Positions 1-14,900 of a stretch of DNA of 64,000 bases are shown here, piece after piece. Numbering within the stretch: the stretch's first letter is position 1; each line of letters opens with the position of its first letter. Below the pieces are notes generated by a model. That model worked only from the letters and a program-made list of their open reading frames with translations, did no database searches and had not been told where the DNA came from. The stretch spans positions 62,001-126,000 of the forward strand of contig KZ538015.1 of NCBI GenBank assembly GCA_000934665.2. The letters run 5' to 3'. This DNA is from Catajapyx aquilonaris. Taxonomy: Eukaryota. The position numbers and the translations under genes were made by a program.

Positions 1-2608
1 GGATGGCTACAAAAGCGACTGCCTCACTGCAGCTCTTCCATTTTAATTGCTGCTGGCAATAATTAAAGCGTTTGCATTTTAATACCTTAGGAGGATTACG
101 TGGCTTTCTACAGAAACGCCAGTGTATTCCGATGTCTGCAATTCTCCCAAAGTAACCCGAAGCAGGCGAACTTTGTATTTGCTGGAAAAATCGGATTTGA
201 TTTTTCGATTATTTTTTTAAGTTCAAAGGTAGCGAGAATATAGCCTCGCACGTGGAGAAGCAACGAGGAAAAATTATAGTAAGTAGGAAATTGCAGACGC
301 GCCGTTTTTAAACTTGTTGCTATTTCCGTCCCGAGTGGTGCTGGCGTATTGGAAATATTTTCCCTGGAGGTAAAGTGTCAGTGTCACAAACGCAAAATAG
401 GAGCTGGCAAAGCCTCAGTATTTATACACCCGAACCATAAACAAGCACATCTCCGGGACTTCCTGCTGCCACCCTGTAGAAACTATATATTGAAACGGCT
501 CTCAAAACATTTCCAGATAAATGGGTCGTCCTCCGGAATCGATTGCATGTGGAAATCACTGGCATTTATCTTTAAATAAACTGCAAGTGTGCACCCCGGA
601 TTTCCGTAGTGATTTATCCCGTGAGATATAAAGAGATTGCAGGAGCGGGGAAATATCCATAACTTCTGTGGAATTGTGCAGTGTACCATCCTGTACACGG
701 AACTTGCTTACAAGTCTCTGGAATTTGTTGCTGTTCCGAGCCAGCTGTAATATGGCAGGTTGGGGTCTCTGGATGCCAGGAAAAATAATCCGCCAATAAG
801 ACGAAGTTTTTTCCCCCTTCAGCTTCAGCAAAAAAAAAAAAAAAAAAAAAAAAAGCTTTCCAGGTCCAATGAGTTTGGGCACACCGGGAAGAGGGGTGGG
901 CAACTTTTTGCAACTTCATAAATCTTTGATTCCTGGTATGTAACATATTGAGGAACGCAGCCACGTCAGAAGTGCCAGGGTGATGCGGGACATCCCATTG
1001 CACCATGGGAGGAGGAGGGGGGGGGGGGGAAATATTGCAGCTGCTACACTGTAACACTGCAGGAAATACGAGCATTCACGTGAGAAGGGTTGCCAAAAAA
1101 AATACTGATCCTTCTGCTGCAGGATATCCGACATTCTACATCGATTCCCTGCAAATTGAGGCGTGATGTCACGTACAAATAAGAATCAAATAAAATACAA
1201 TAAAAGCGACCGTGTTTTACAACTAGCGGGGTGTAATTGTGCTCCTTCGATGTAAGGGATTTGGGGCGCCTTCTTGATGACTCGTCTTCATAGCGGAAAT
1301 ATGTTGCTAATTAGTGATGTAATATCCTCGGTAACGGGTTCAGAACAAATGCGAACTGGGAGGTCACTTATCAGATCTCAGCAGGAAAGTCATAAATGGT
1401 TACCTGCCGACTTTTACAATTTTTAGCATAAAAAGTGCCCAAGTTACTCTTCTACTAGAGTAAACTATTTGTTTGCATGCTATAGTTATACATATAGCTA
1501 CAGAAGTCAACAATTAGAGGACAGAAGCGCCTGGTCAGTCCTGGTGGAGTTTGTTCGAGCAGTGACTCATCATCAACGTGCACGTAGTTCCACTTTCGCC
1601 CTGAGAGCGGCAGAAGGGTGCATAGCAGTGTTGCCAAAATTTGGCAACGGGTCCGCTACTAGTAGTTACATGATTCTCTTGAACTGGTTGCTAGATAAAA
1701 ACCATTCATAACTAATCCCATCTCCATCTTGGACTATAGACACGGGCAATGTACTTGTGCAGTACAATCACCCGACCCAGCTGCTGTAGTAGGCTTATAC
1801 AGTGAAGTTATTTTACAACGGGCCCTGGATACAGTGGAAGCCTCCCGGAAAATATTTTCGGAACGGAGCGACTCCGCTGTGGACTGGTTTTACAGTATTA
1901 ATTTATATAGTGCTTATAAGACCGCATTTACGGTGGATTGAATAGGATATAAACCCGGATACAGTTAAGTGCGCATTCCATAAACAAATGGGATCCACCG
2001 GCACTGTACATTACTGTGGCTGGAGGGCCTCAATTCTCCTCCATAAATGTTGGATTACTGTACAGTTTTCGGTGGGATCCCTTGTATAGTTGGAGGCAAC
2101 AAATGGACCGGTAAAGAACGGTTGAGGCCCATCGAAAGGAAAAGGTGAAGGCACATAAGCTGACCTCTCCGGCCACATCACGTTGCGGTCTTCCTCCTTC
2201 GCCCGATTTTCCACCCGAAAGCCTCCTTTGTCCCCCAGGAAGTGCGGGTAAAAGTCGACCCCCCTCCCTCCCCCTCCCCCTCTTGATCCCCCAGGAAAAG
2301 GCCATGGAACTGCGATCATCTGGACGTGACCGCGACCTTTTTCACTTCTCCTCTAGATTGGAATTCCAGGGACCCCCTCCCCTATTTTGAGGTGTGCCCG
2401 TGAAGTTTAATAGCAATAATATTTGCTTAGTAATTTGGGAAGAGCACGGCCATTGTTGGGGAAGGGCGATTGGATAGTAAAACCTGGACTTTGGGGGGTT
2501 GAACCCGGGAAGCCTCTCTTCCTGGAGTTCTGGAACAGCTGCTGTAGCTAAATGGGGGAGAATGGGGATGAGAGAACCAATTGGGTAAAAGTTACGCTCC
2601 ATTAGTTA

Positions 2609-2854
2609 CTAGCAGTGGATTGATAAATGAAAGAAGTTTGTGAAATTATCGCACATGAATACCCAAACTTCGTTTAAAAAATCCTAAATTTTTGGGCATT
2701 TAGGCTCAAAAAAGTGTGGTTTTCGGACTTGTCCCTGAATTAGCCCACGTAAGACATCCATGTGCCTAGTTTCAGCACTCTCAGTAGTCCGGAATGGTGT
2801 TAAACAGCCATGGCATACATATGGACAAACTTGACGCTTTATAATAATGTAAGA
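2609..2854 (-). mobile_element. Possible short non-autonomous Helitron-like element
   Basis: On the minus strand it begins A|TCTTACATTATTATAAAGCGTCAAGTTTGT and ends CTAG|T, matching the 5'-TC / 3'-CTAG / AT-target pattern. The subterminal hairpin is not evident. Confidence 0.4.
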
Positions 2855-4855
2855 TTATTACTGCATACAAACAAACATGCAACTGTTTTATAGCGCTTTG
2901 TGCTTCAATTTTCCAGTTCAATTAGCTTATGACATTCATTAATTTCCGTTTCGCCTGCTGTGTTCACCTGGGAAACAGTTTCAAACTCAGCCTAACATTG
3001 AAGCACTAATCATCCGGAGAGATGTGCACACAAGAATATAGTTTATATGACAGCAGACCTCCCATAAACAGTAGGTGGACCCGAAACTAGAGCCTGGCCC
3101 CCACTTATATGCCCATGAGGCTTACCGTTCGTTGTTGCCTCCCCAGGCAGTACACCGAGTTTTGGATGCAGGAAAGAGGGCAATGCCAGTTATCTAATTA
3201 TTCATATGTCTGTTTACTTTACATGGTATTCCCCCACCCACCCACCCACCTTCCATCCCAACCCCCACATCGATCGCTGCTTTACAACCGGAGCCCTTGA
3301 GCCCCTCATTAGTACTCCGGGATATGTCTGGAATTAATTATTGTCGGGAGGGGGGCTGGAGCGACGTTTTGGGACAAACAGGGTGTTTCAAATGTCGGCG
3401 TTGCCTTACCAGAGCGCTGACACATGAACTACTCGCAAGGAATTTCAAATCGGGAGTTCGGAGGATACTGCACACGTGTCTCAGTACCCAGGGTATTTTT
3501 TTTGTTCTATACCTGCAATATTCTCAGGTTACGACTCCCCAAAAAAAATTCCATTTCAAAGCCAGGTCCCGTTTCCGACATGCCTAACTCCTTACTATTG
3601 GGAACATGTAACACATTTCCGACATATTCCTTTGGGATTGCTATACCGGTACCTATAGCCCAATTCGCCGTCGGAGTGTTATGGACAGGCAGAAGTGGAA
3701 GTAGACTGTGACAGTAACGGTATTTCCCTTTCTCTATGTATAAGCGTATCGGAATCATTGCTGCATGTCCTACCCAATTTTTTATGCGCTCCCNCCCCCC
3801 CCTTCCAACCTCACCAGCAGACACGGAAGTCCTGCCTGACTCTCAAATCCTATTGTTATAACGCAAGAGAGAAGGCAGTTTAGGCAGCAGTTATGGCGGT
3901 TGTGCGAGTACTGCGAATGGCAGTGATGGAATTTTGCTTCCCTGAGCCCAAATGAACCAGATTCCTCTTAATTAGGTGGAAAAGGGGGGCGACGGAATCA
4001 CGAAGAGGAATTGTTTTCTCGCAACGTTGCGGAAGTCATTGGCTTCCCCCCGAATGAATTGCTGATAATTACGACGCCCGAGAGCGGTTTTTTTCACTCT
4101 TCTGAAGCGGCTGGGTTTTTTAAAAATTTAATTTGCCGCGCATTCAAAGGTGGCAAAAGTCGTCTGATTGAAAATACCTCGTAGTGTAAACGCACCTGGT
4201 GAGTACGCGACCTACCGTAAGATGAAACTGATGGCTTTATAGTTTTTTTTAAAAAAAAGACCTTAGGTGCAGTGCGCTGGAATGACCCGGGTTGGGCAAC
4301 GGATGTTGGGACATCCCGATGGAGAGAGGGGTGAAGTGGAAACACTTCTTTGCGGGTGTCAGACGAAGAGGATGGAGAGGGGGGTGTGGGGAGGTTGGTT
4401 ATTTCTGTCAGGTCTCCTTCCAACTTCTCTTGGGAGGAGAGGACCTCCTCTCGCTTCTCTCACTATTCCAAAGGCTCTATCATCGTTGTAAGCTCTCCTC
4501 GTTTTTGGAGGTTGCCAGCTCGCCCGTCTGGATGTCGGCCAAACCATGAGGACCCGGGGCTGAAACTTGCAAAAGGTCTCTCATTCAGCGGCTATTATAC
4601 AGGGCGAGTCAGACGAGATGCTCAGCTCTCCACTGATAAGAAAAGGCGGTTATGGCGCTGCCAGGCTGAGAGCAACGAAAAGAGTTATGTGCTTTCAATA
4701 TGTCTAACACTGTGAAGTGGCTTAACACATGCAGTATAAGTTAGAGAGCTCTAGGCATTGTTGGAATGTTTGCCGCCTTTTATTGGCTATCAAAAGTTGG
4801 CCTGCACAAAATGGTTTTGACATTGACGTGAGATTTATATCAATATATTTGAAAC

Positions 4856-5922
4856 ATACTCTCTTCCAGTGAAAATTTCACTCAAAAAAGGAGCAATTTC
4901 GAGTGAATTTCCCGCGGCAAAGATTAACGCAAATCGAGTGGAATATTACTCTATTGAAATTAAGTGAGAGACTACTCTTTCCAGTGAGTGAAATGATTAC
5001 TCATTCTAAGTGAAAATCACTCATGAGATCGAGTGATTCTCACTCAAAACGAGTGGAAAAATACTCGGAATTGTTTTTAGCGATATAGGTGAATCCCAAT
5101 GAATCATGAGAAGGGAACTTTTACATCATAAATTCAATGTATGTCATGAAAAGCATTTATAATTTGTTCTATCACGGGATGCCTGCCATTGGCTGATATG
5201 GATCACCTCATCTGTAGCCTCAGAGGTCAGTCACGTAACGGAGCTCAAACTGCAGTATACGTCAGTTTTTGAGAGTGATTTATTGACTCACCCTGTAGCA
5301 GGTGACCTACCTATTCTATTATCCCTATATAAAAAAGAGTTACACGCTTCGTCCAATTTGTCGTAGTTGGTTTTTGGGCAGCGCGCAAAAGGTTTTTTTT
5401 TTTTGTTTGTTTGTTTTTTGTTTTGTTTTTTTGAGGCCCTGTCTGGATTGACGCAGGCTCCATTCACAACCATTTGCAGCTAGTTGGGTAATGCACGTGA
5501 TGGGCACACACATACACACAAAACCAGGGGGTTGAAAAAGCTCGGGCTTTTTGGCAACGATGGTGCTTTTAGGGCAGTGTATATTAGCTGAAAAGTTGGT
5601 CTCTCTCTCGTGGTGTCATCATCACATGGTTTTGTGGTAGCCCAGAATTAGTGATTTCCATTAAACTCTGATAATAGAGGGAACGTACCGGACTGAACTG
5701 GACCGGTCTGGGCCTGAGTGAAAATTGTACTCAAAAAAGGGATAATAAATGCAATTTTTGAATGATTTTTACTCCACAAAGTGGATTCAACTCGAGTGGG
5801 AAAAATTACTCAAAAAATGAGCGATAATGAGAGGCAGCCTACCCTTTCGTTGAGTGATTTCCACTCAATTTGAGCCGCAATCAATCCAGGTAGAATTTTC
5901 ACTCAAATTGTTTAAGAGTGTA
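4856..5922. repeat. Two diverged copies (~4856-5085 and ~5716-5922) of a repeat built from GAGTG-(A/T)n-CACTC palindromic units; likely non-autonomous DNA transposon remnants
   Basis: AGTGAAAATTTCACTCAAAAAAGG at ~4868 vs AGTGAAAATTGTACTCAAAAAAGG at ~5717. Both copies contain several GAGT...ACTC sub-repeats, and the second ends TTTAAGAGTGTA. Confidence 0.5.
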
Positions 5923-5980
5923 CACTTGTATAGTAAATTCAGCGTTTGTTATACGTGGTATTTTTCCTGTGTACTTTCAG

Positions 5981-8900
5981 ATGGTCATCCTGTCCCGGAG
6001 TTCAGCCAGCATAGGATATTCAAACCGCGGATCTACCACGGCAGAGAAAAAAGAGAGCTGACGTCGACTAGAGAAGAGGTGAGCTGCATGCCCCCAAAAT
6101 ATTGACCCTTTTTTTGTTGTTACCCCCCCCCCCCCCCAGTATTTTTTTATTCAACCTAGAGCTTTTGCCAAGGAGGGGGTGTCCAAATATAGCGCCACGT
6201 GCTCAGAACTGGGAAAGCGAGAGTGTCGCGCACCAAAAGTTTGTAGCCGCTGATTATAGGGTTTTGCTGGATTCTAGTGCACAGCAGCACAATGGCTAAT
6301 TGACTTCGCCTAGAAATTGGGCTTTTCACAGCAATGGGGGCACCCTGTAGTGCAACTAATTGATTCGCTTGTCACAAGTCATCAGGGGCACACTCTTCCC
6401 TGGGAAGGGAAAAGTGGAAGTTTCTAGGGAGGGAAAAGTCCTGAAATTAAATGAAAGGGATGGAAGACGGGAAATGCAGAAAGCGACTGACTTTTGATTC
6501 ACTTTTTTTTATTTCCATGCCAGGGAAAGACGCGGATTTTGCTTGCAAAATTTTTTCCCCTCTCGGAACAGCTCCTGCGCGGTAACCAGTCAAAAGCCTT
6601 GTTTTTCTGCTGAGATGCTCCTCTGTAGGGATGTTCCTCTGCAGAGATGTTCCTCTGTACTTTGTCCATGCAGCGGCCATTACGTGGAGATAACACCTTT
6701 TGCTTTCAATCCCATCAATTGTGGCTCCTGCCTCAGTTTTTATTGGTCACTCCTCTGCTTCCCATTTGTGTTAAAGTCTGGCCGGATAACATCATCCAGC
6801 AGCTCGCGACTTCAATTACCGGTCGGGTTTGTCGCATTGCATGGCTTCAGGTCGGTCTAGGTCACAGTCGAAGTGTGACTGCTGCGATTGCGGTAGTTGA
6901 ATGTCAGGCCTTGTCGCCATCCCCCCCTTGGGGTCAGGTCGAAATTGCTTCTCGTGATGCCTGCGGCTTTTACCTTTTCCCCAAGTGCGTTAGGACTCCC
7001 ACGTCCCAGGTGCTGAATAATTCACAGGCCGGGCGCCGTCATCTCGCTTGGGACTTATATGTTTCTCAAAAGGATTGAACGTCCCAACACTCCCAGTCTT
7101 AAGGCAAAGAAAAAAAGAATGGTTCGAGCTGCTTCTTCGTTCCTTTTTTTCTTATATGAAAAAGAGCAAAAATTGCAGCATATTTTCCGGAGTTTCTTGA
7201 CGCCATGTTTCAACCTCCATCCACCCCCTTCACCTGATGCATAATGCATCAATCGGACAAGATACATGGGAAGAGAGGACTTGGCTAGATTTTTTTTTTT
7301 AGCGTTCCTTCTTTTTTTTGGGGCGGAGGTTTTTGGCGGAGGAAGAAGTTAACGACCTTCAAGGTCGAGATGGAGAATGTATTTGTGGCCGTAAACATTT
7401 GTAGCTTCTAGCGTATATAACATTGGCAGTTATGGCTTCCAAAAAATAGCAGCGCTTTGGTATAACCCGCCAGTTTGAAGTTGTTGCCGACACAAAAAAT
7501 TTTACAAAAGTAGGTGGCGCCGATTTGTCACGTTTTAAAGAAAGAAATAAAAGCAGACTGTGTTTTCACAAAGCGGATGTGTAGCCTTTGTTGTGAATAT
7601 ATGTGCAAATCATGTGAATTTTCGGAGCGGCCACACACATTTTTTGAGGCATAAATAATGGAGATGTTTATCTTATGGTAATTTACACAGTACGTGTTGT
7701 TTATGTGCAATTTGTGCTCCCTCCTTCCTATATAGTAAATTAGGACCTTGGTTCGCACCAATTTGTGCTTTATGAAGCTGTCGGACCCGCCATAATATAT
7801 ACGATCCTTGTTTTTATTTTACAGAACGGCCACACTCACGACATAACAGTGGGGTTCGATGTCGACGGGAAGGATTACATACTCGATTTAAAATTGAACC
7901 GGTAAGTACATATTTGTTGAATTCGGGTTTAAAGGCATCGATTTGACTTATCCTCTTCTCTATTTTTTTCTAGGGATTTAATCCCAAGTTCCTACTTTGA
8001 AAAATATCACCATCAGGGTCAGTACGTGATAAACACCCCAACTGCCAAGGTGAGCTTTTTTCTCTCTCTCTCTCTCTCACTCTGGATCCTTTTTAGTAAT
8101 TTTATTGCAGTTTTGCTGCCACTTGGGAGCCCAACCTGACTGAATTACCAAATAGGGGGAAATTCCTTCAGAGGCCATTATGCTAGTCTCGAGGGACGTG
8201 CCCAGAAAACCTTGTGTACAAGAAGAAAAAAAGAAAGTGTGAATATGCCTTCATGTTTCTAAGGAAACTATGACAGAAGCAGCATCCAAGGCTACAGTGC
8301 AGTTTCAGTGACGTTACGAACTGGCAAAAGCCGATATTTGCACTCAACCTTTTTTTTGGGGGTTAAGGATATATATATAAAAAAAGCGCCTCAGTTCTTA
8401 TAGGCGATACAGTGATTTTGAGATTGAAAGTGGCAAACCTGCCTATTACATGCCAGTGCAGTGGCCTAATGTTTAATGTAGCAGACGAGAGCTGCGGTTT
8501 GACGTCAAATGTCGAGCTGCATACAGTACATTGAAGGTTGGAAACTGACCTGTTGTAACAGTTGGGATGCCTGACACTGTATGCATGTAGGTCAGGGAAA
8601 GCACTTTTTTCTTCTTCTATAAACTACCGAGCGGGAGTTTAAGGTAAACTGAGGGAGTAATTAATTTAGCTACTGGTGCGCATGATGAGTACTTGTTTCA
8701 CCTACAGCGTTTTGCTGTAATAAAAAGTACTTGTTTGAACTACACACTGTATAGTCTGCAGCTCGTTAAATTTAAGAGAACCGCTGAATTACAAATTACA
8801 TCGCTTCGAGGGGTTGCATCTGTTGACTTTGCACGTTTAATTTACATTCTTCCATCCAATTCCGGGTTATTTGACCCATGTGGATTGTCCTTTGCCTTCA

Positions 8901-11900
8901 GAAATAGCAGTAAGGATTTTTTTTATAAAAAATATGGCACGATATAAAATTTTTAGATCGGAATTTTAACCAAAACGAAACTGGTTTAAATGCTAAACTA
9001 GCTCGCACATTTGTAATGAGATAATGCATAAATAGCATTTATGAATTACAAATTTAGTTTACAATGCAACCTAATTGTATTTTGGCAGTAATGCAATATT
9101 AGCCTGTTTTGTATCGTGTGCACATATAAATCATTAAAAAATATGACACACACTGCATAAAAATTATGGACAATTATAATTTTTTTTAGCTGTCTTGAAT
9201 TTTGGCGAGAGAGAAAATAAAATAGAGAGGCGGAAGCTATATATATTTTGAGCCCAGTGGTGTATAGCAAACAAGGAGGAAGTTATTCTAAGCAAGCGGA
9301 GAGGTAGAAGGGAGGGGGACATATTAGGTTTGGGATTGGGAAATTCCATTAGGTGCGGAAGTCCACATTGAGCCCTCAGCCTCAGCTCTTTCCCACCCAA
9401 CCACCTCCCCCTACGAACCTCAAGAGAGAGACGCTCTCTCTCTCTCACTCCCATCTCCGGAAGGAAGCCCTAATTTCCTCCTCCTGTAAACACCAGATTC
9501 TGTACTCCAAACTGCAGGAAGAACCGCACCAACACAGGAACTAATTGCCTTCCATCGCATTTTAGTTGCTCCGAAAAAAGATTCGATAACTAATAAAGGA
9601 ACATTGTTAGCAGAAACAGACGACTGAACAAGGGATAACCAGTTTTGTATATGTAGTTTTAGCCCCTGAGGAGTTGAATCTTGGGCGGAGAGGTATAGAT
9701 AGCCAAATAACGCTTTTCTGTAACTGTGGGCAGTGCATTATGTTGTTTGAGGCTCGGGTTCAGTAGCCGGTGGGCATTCCCAACACGCAATTCTGCAATC
9801 AATATGGCCATTTAGCGATTGTGATGTGTGTCATCGTCCTTTTTGCACACGTTTGAATGGCGATTTTTTCTCTCTCTTCCATTTGCAGGAGGTGGAGCTG
9901 TGTCACTACCAGGGCCAACTGAGAGGTGTCCCTGGATCCTGGGCTGTCATTTCCACCTGCTATGGTCTCAGGTGAGATCATGCCATGACCTTCGATAAAT
10001 TTAGCCGATTGTTGTCCATTGTACCCCCGCCTCTTTTTTATGCGATGGTCGCCAGTTGGACGAATCCTATGCTGCTGGATACGCGTGCTTTTAAAAGCAC
10101 TTGTGTCTCTAGAGGATTTCCCGCGAGGTGTCAGACGCAGACGTCCTCAAAACAGTAGATCGATGTTGGGGGGGTCGGGATAAAAGGGGGGGTATGTACA
10201 CCGAAAACTTCTAGTCAATACAGAGGTATTCAAGACGTGCGATGCTGTGCTTTTGGATTAATTGATCGTCATAATTACCATCCTAGTCAGTTGGGGTGTA
10301 CCAGAGGCAACTATGTTACTGTACGAAATGGCAAGCCGTTCATGGGGCTATCCGCAGATTCAATTATCCTTCAAGTGCGTGACATTGGTGTAGTTGGAGG
10401 CCTGGCAGCCAGATGTCATGTATTATCTGAGCCCCTGATGGCGTGGGGGGCACTAACGGTCCTAGTCATAAACCAGGCTTCACATGCAGAACCAGCTAAT
10501 TAAAAGTGCAATTAACTCCACATAAGTTATTGTTACTTAAATTCTCCCCAGAAAGTTTTTGGTTCATGGCCTCATTCGGAACCGGAGGAGGAGAGTTTAT
10601 GGAAGGGCAGGAGCTGTTAATGGAGTCCTTTAAACTCCCTGTGTGTTAGAGTAAGGGGTCCGGTCCACGGAGCTCTTTGGGCGTGATAAACTGCGTGGTC
10701 TTTTGTGGTCCTCAGCCAGCCATGCAAGTCACCCCTCAAAACACACAGGGGCCAAAGTTTACCAAGATCTAGCCCTTTGCATCCTTTTCAGCCGAGCGTA
10801 AAACCTTTGATTTAAGGCAGAGAGCCCTTTTGATATATAAATGTGCGGAGGAAGCCAAGGAGACGCTGATTATGAGAGAAGGCGTGCGGAAATGGGCTGC
10901 CAGATTGGGTCCTCCTCTGCTGCCGCGGCAGGAGGATGCTCCTGATAATAATTATGTGCTTGCGGATTATCTAACCTTGGTTTTCAATATTACAGGGGAG
11001 TAGTACGTATAGTAATAGAGAGTGGTGGGGTACTGTACAAAGGTTTTGATTTGGCTTGGGTCCAAGACGGCGACTGTCCAAAATGGAGCGGGGTTCCGGA
11101 CCGGTCTGTGTGTCACAATGTTATCGTCCGGCTTCATGGCCACGTTTCCAGGACGGATAAGTTGCGCTTCATTGCGTGTCTCGTCAAAATATATGCGCGC
11201 TGCTCGAGTATATAGAAAAGGACTTTGCCTTATAGTGCCAAGAATCATTACAAATGCAGCATAACTACACGTGGATGTAACACTGCGTACCTCAAAAGTA
11301 CGGAATATTCCATTTAAAATTTAAAGTAAATGCGAGCCAAGAGAAATATTGTCAACATTTGATACCTTAGCGAAAAATGTGTGACTTGCATTAATTTAAA
11401 ATAATCACTTCCAGTTTTTTGCTGCTGGATATATGCTCTTGATATATGTAATGCAAGAGAAAGTCATCCCTGTGACGTAGCCATCATTTCAAATTCAATT
11501 AAAATGTTTCACTAATGATGTAATTTGCACTGCAAGGCGCTTTCTCAGCGACTTATAAAACAGAATAAAATATTTCCTCCACTGTTCGCGTATAGTTTGC
11601 AGCAATATGAAAACTTCCCAGATTTTCCAGTTCAAGTCAGATTTTCACCTCTTGTAATAGGCTATGGTAGTAGCATATAGCAGAAACCTGTACAGTAGAT
11701 GTCATTAAAAAGTCAGGATAAACTTTCAACATGTATTATTAGCGACAACCTCAACTAAAAATATTGTCACGGGTCAAGGTGAAAAAAAAGAGCCAATCTA
11801 TGAACACTTCCAGATTTACGCGCAGGGTTTGAGTATAGCAAAAACACCTTGGCTCTTTTTTTTACTCGTTAGACAAAAGTGACGTACTTTAGGACCTTGA

Positions 11901-14900
11901 TTCATGCCAGGTTTGCAAAAAAAGAAGTAAATGAGCGGGCAATGGAACGAACTTTTGCAGTTTTTCAACGTCCATGCGATTTTTGTTGGCACCGCAGAAA
12001 AAAAACCTCCCCCATATTTTTCCTCATCGTACCTGTATAAACTTTTAAAAAATCAAGGCTCATACATCTTTTCAGGCAGGTTGAGTGAGAACAGTTGAGA
12101 GGTTGGGTCTCTCAGAGGGGGGGAAAAAAGCGTATATCTAAAGCTTGAGGGAGTAAAGCTTTTTCTGTATCATGGGTTAAAGCTAGCAGATCATCCTTTA
12201 TCCTTAGCACCTGAAGGCTTTTCCTCGCTCGGCCTAATTTAATTGCCATATGGATCCAACCCCCCCTCTGAAAGTGCATTGCTTTTTATGGATCCTTCAC
12301 TTCTGGGTCTCGCTTTCATTATCAAATTCTTGCTATCGTAAGCCATGCGCTCTCTCTTTTTAAAAATATATTATTTAAAAAAAAATCTTATTGCTACCCT
12401 CTGGGGGGAACATGGTATGCAAAAGCAGCCCTCAAAATGCGACCTAAGGACATTTATTATAATAATGATGCTTTGGATGCATGCCTGGATTTTTGCTGCT
12501 AATGAGGAAACGCATGAAATTTTAATCATTTTTTTTTCTCTCTCCATATTTCAGCGGTATGGTTTATGATGGCCAGGAGCTGCATTACCTGGAGCGAGTT
12601 CCTGGAGACAAGAACAATTTGCACTTTCTGTACAGGCATTCCGACATGAGGTCCAACCAAACTTGCGGTAAGTTCTACAACAAAATTTGCCATTTGTTGT
12701 CAATTTTGGTGGCAGAGATTATTCGAGATGATCGCTACAGTAATGCCACAATCACAGTGCATTAGTGGAACTCTCTTTAAAAAAAATCCACGTTTTTTAA
12801 AAGCCTGTGCGCGGCTTATGGATTACCAGTACATAACGCGAAGTCGATGCCCTGGAAAAATCCAGTTTTTTTTTTGGGAGCGGCTTTAGCACACTGAAAA
12901 CGGCCAAGATTTCAGATAATTCCTGGTGATATTCCGCGGGCGCCTTTTTTTGAAGGGGTTGTGTTGCGGAAAGTGCGCAAAAGTATTATGAGAAGGAGTG
13001 AATCATTCTGGTGAACCGCATCCAAACGGTTTTTCTTGCCTGGTTGCTGGTAATGCGAGCTGGATGCTGCTGGAGCTTCACATGAGTCATTTCAAGCTCA
13101 ACAGTCAAGATGTGGCTCCCGGTTTATATTGTCACATGGTCAGAAATGAAGGTGACCCAAGCGGTACATTCATCTACTTTTTAAAAATGGAGCATTGTTA
13201 TTGAACTTTTTTTTTGGTCGCGAGTACAGCATATGCAGTGCGGCATTGACCGGAAACAGTTCACCCCCCCCCCCCCCCGAAACGGAATGCACATCCGGTT
13301 TTATATACAGTGTATATCGAGCCTCCCCAGTGAGCGTCATTCAATATTGGATGTTTTTAAGCAGCGAGGATTATCGGCCTCTACAGCGGATTTAAAAATC
13401 CAGGCAGTGTCTCAGAACCGGGTATTGAATTCTTGATATCATGATCGACCCCTCCCCCCGTTTTAGCAATTTTCTGAAGGTGTACACCGGAGATTTAGGC
13501 CCGTCGGATAGGGGGATTTAAAGCTCGGGTTATTTTTAAAGAGGAAGCATATAACCGTTTTTTTGGGGTTTTTTTTTTGTGAAAATTTGAAGGCGTTGAA
13601 TGCAAATTGCCTCATTTGGTACACACTGAGGTAATCTGTTATTTTTTTTAAAAAATAACGTACAGTAAGCTAATGCACATTGCATATGTTTTGAATACAT
13701 TGTACGCCATTTTTTGGGAGATGAAAATGCACAAAAGTAGTTTTAGAAATTAATTTTGCCGTTAACACTTATTGACGTCCAGTTGTTTATTTTCTTAACT
13801 TGTGAACCCATTGCCAAAATTATGAATTGGATGTTTGTCCGACCGGATAGTGCCACGTTGGAAGACGCGATTTTCCACGTAGTACTATCCGTCACGCATA
13901 GATGTCGCACCCTTTCCCAGCACACTCCTGCCACTTCAAGTCGTGCGGATCACAGTGGTACTATCAGGTCGGACAAACAACAGACGGAGAGAATAAGCGG
14001 TTAAAATTTTTTTATTCGTGTTTGGTAAGTTGAAAAACCTCATTATCGCAACTGCTGATGGCCGATTTCATACCAGCAAGTCACACTCTATATATAAAAG
14101 CTCTTTCAAGGTTTCCGATTTCCACAGTGATCGATATCTATTTCGCCCAGCCAATTATTTCTCGCCCAATAGTGTTTGACATCGATTAATCCCCGTTGCA
14201 ACTATATACCCCTTATATTGGAACGTGCGACGTGTATTGAGTTGTTTTAACCCCCCCTGCGAAGTCTGTAACACCCTGTACATTATGCAATGAGCCTCTG
14301 CAGGACGTGTCGAAATGAACGAAGAAAGGACAAGGTTTCATTAAACTGAACTTTTTAACCCCCCCTCGACGGAAACAATGGCCATATTTAATAATAAATG
14401 TCGCGGTACGTATTCCGCATCAGAAAGTGAAAAAGACGTCTCCGGAAGTCCTTAAGTCGGCTCCTTAATGAGGTGCAAAAGAGAAGTTTTTTTGGGGAGG
14501 GGGGNTTAAAACTCAGGGTTGACAACACATGTTTTTCAAAGAGCAGGGCAATTGAATTGGCTGGCTTAGCGGATATTTACAATTTTTGCCAAAAATTCGC
14601 GACCTGCTGGAGGGAAAAAATAATCGCGAGTGAGGGCGTGTTATTTTTACGCAGATTGAAATTAGTGATCCGCACAAAAAAAAAATGCGAGCGTAATTAC
14701 GAGGTATCTGCATGGTACCAATTACCGTACGAAGTATGAATCTGCATGGTACCAATTACAGCTCCCAAGTTCGCAAAAAAAAGGCCGTCCTTTTGAAGTT
14801 CATCGCACAAACCTCTCGGCTTTTGACTTCATCTGCGAGCAGTTTCTGGGGGCTACGAATTGCCAATTTTCCTTGTCCTTGTGACGGCATCCTACCCTAT

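Noticed and set aside
1..5980. Short ORFs upstream of the first ADAM exon (e.g. 4350-4715) as the missing signal-peptide exon
   Set aside because: I found no hydrophobic signal peptide followed by a phase-1 donor; the first exon probably lies outside the window.
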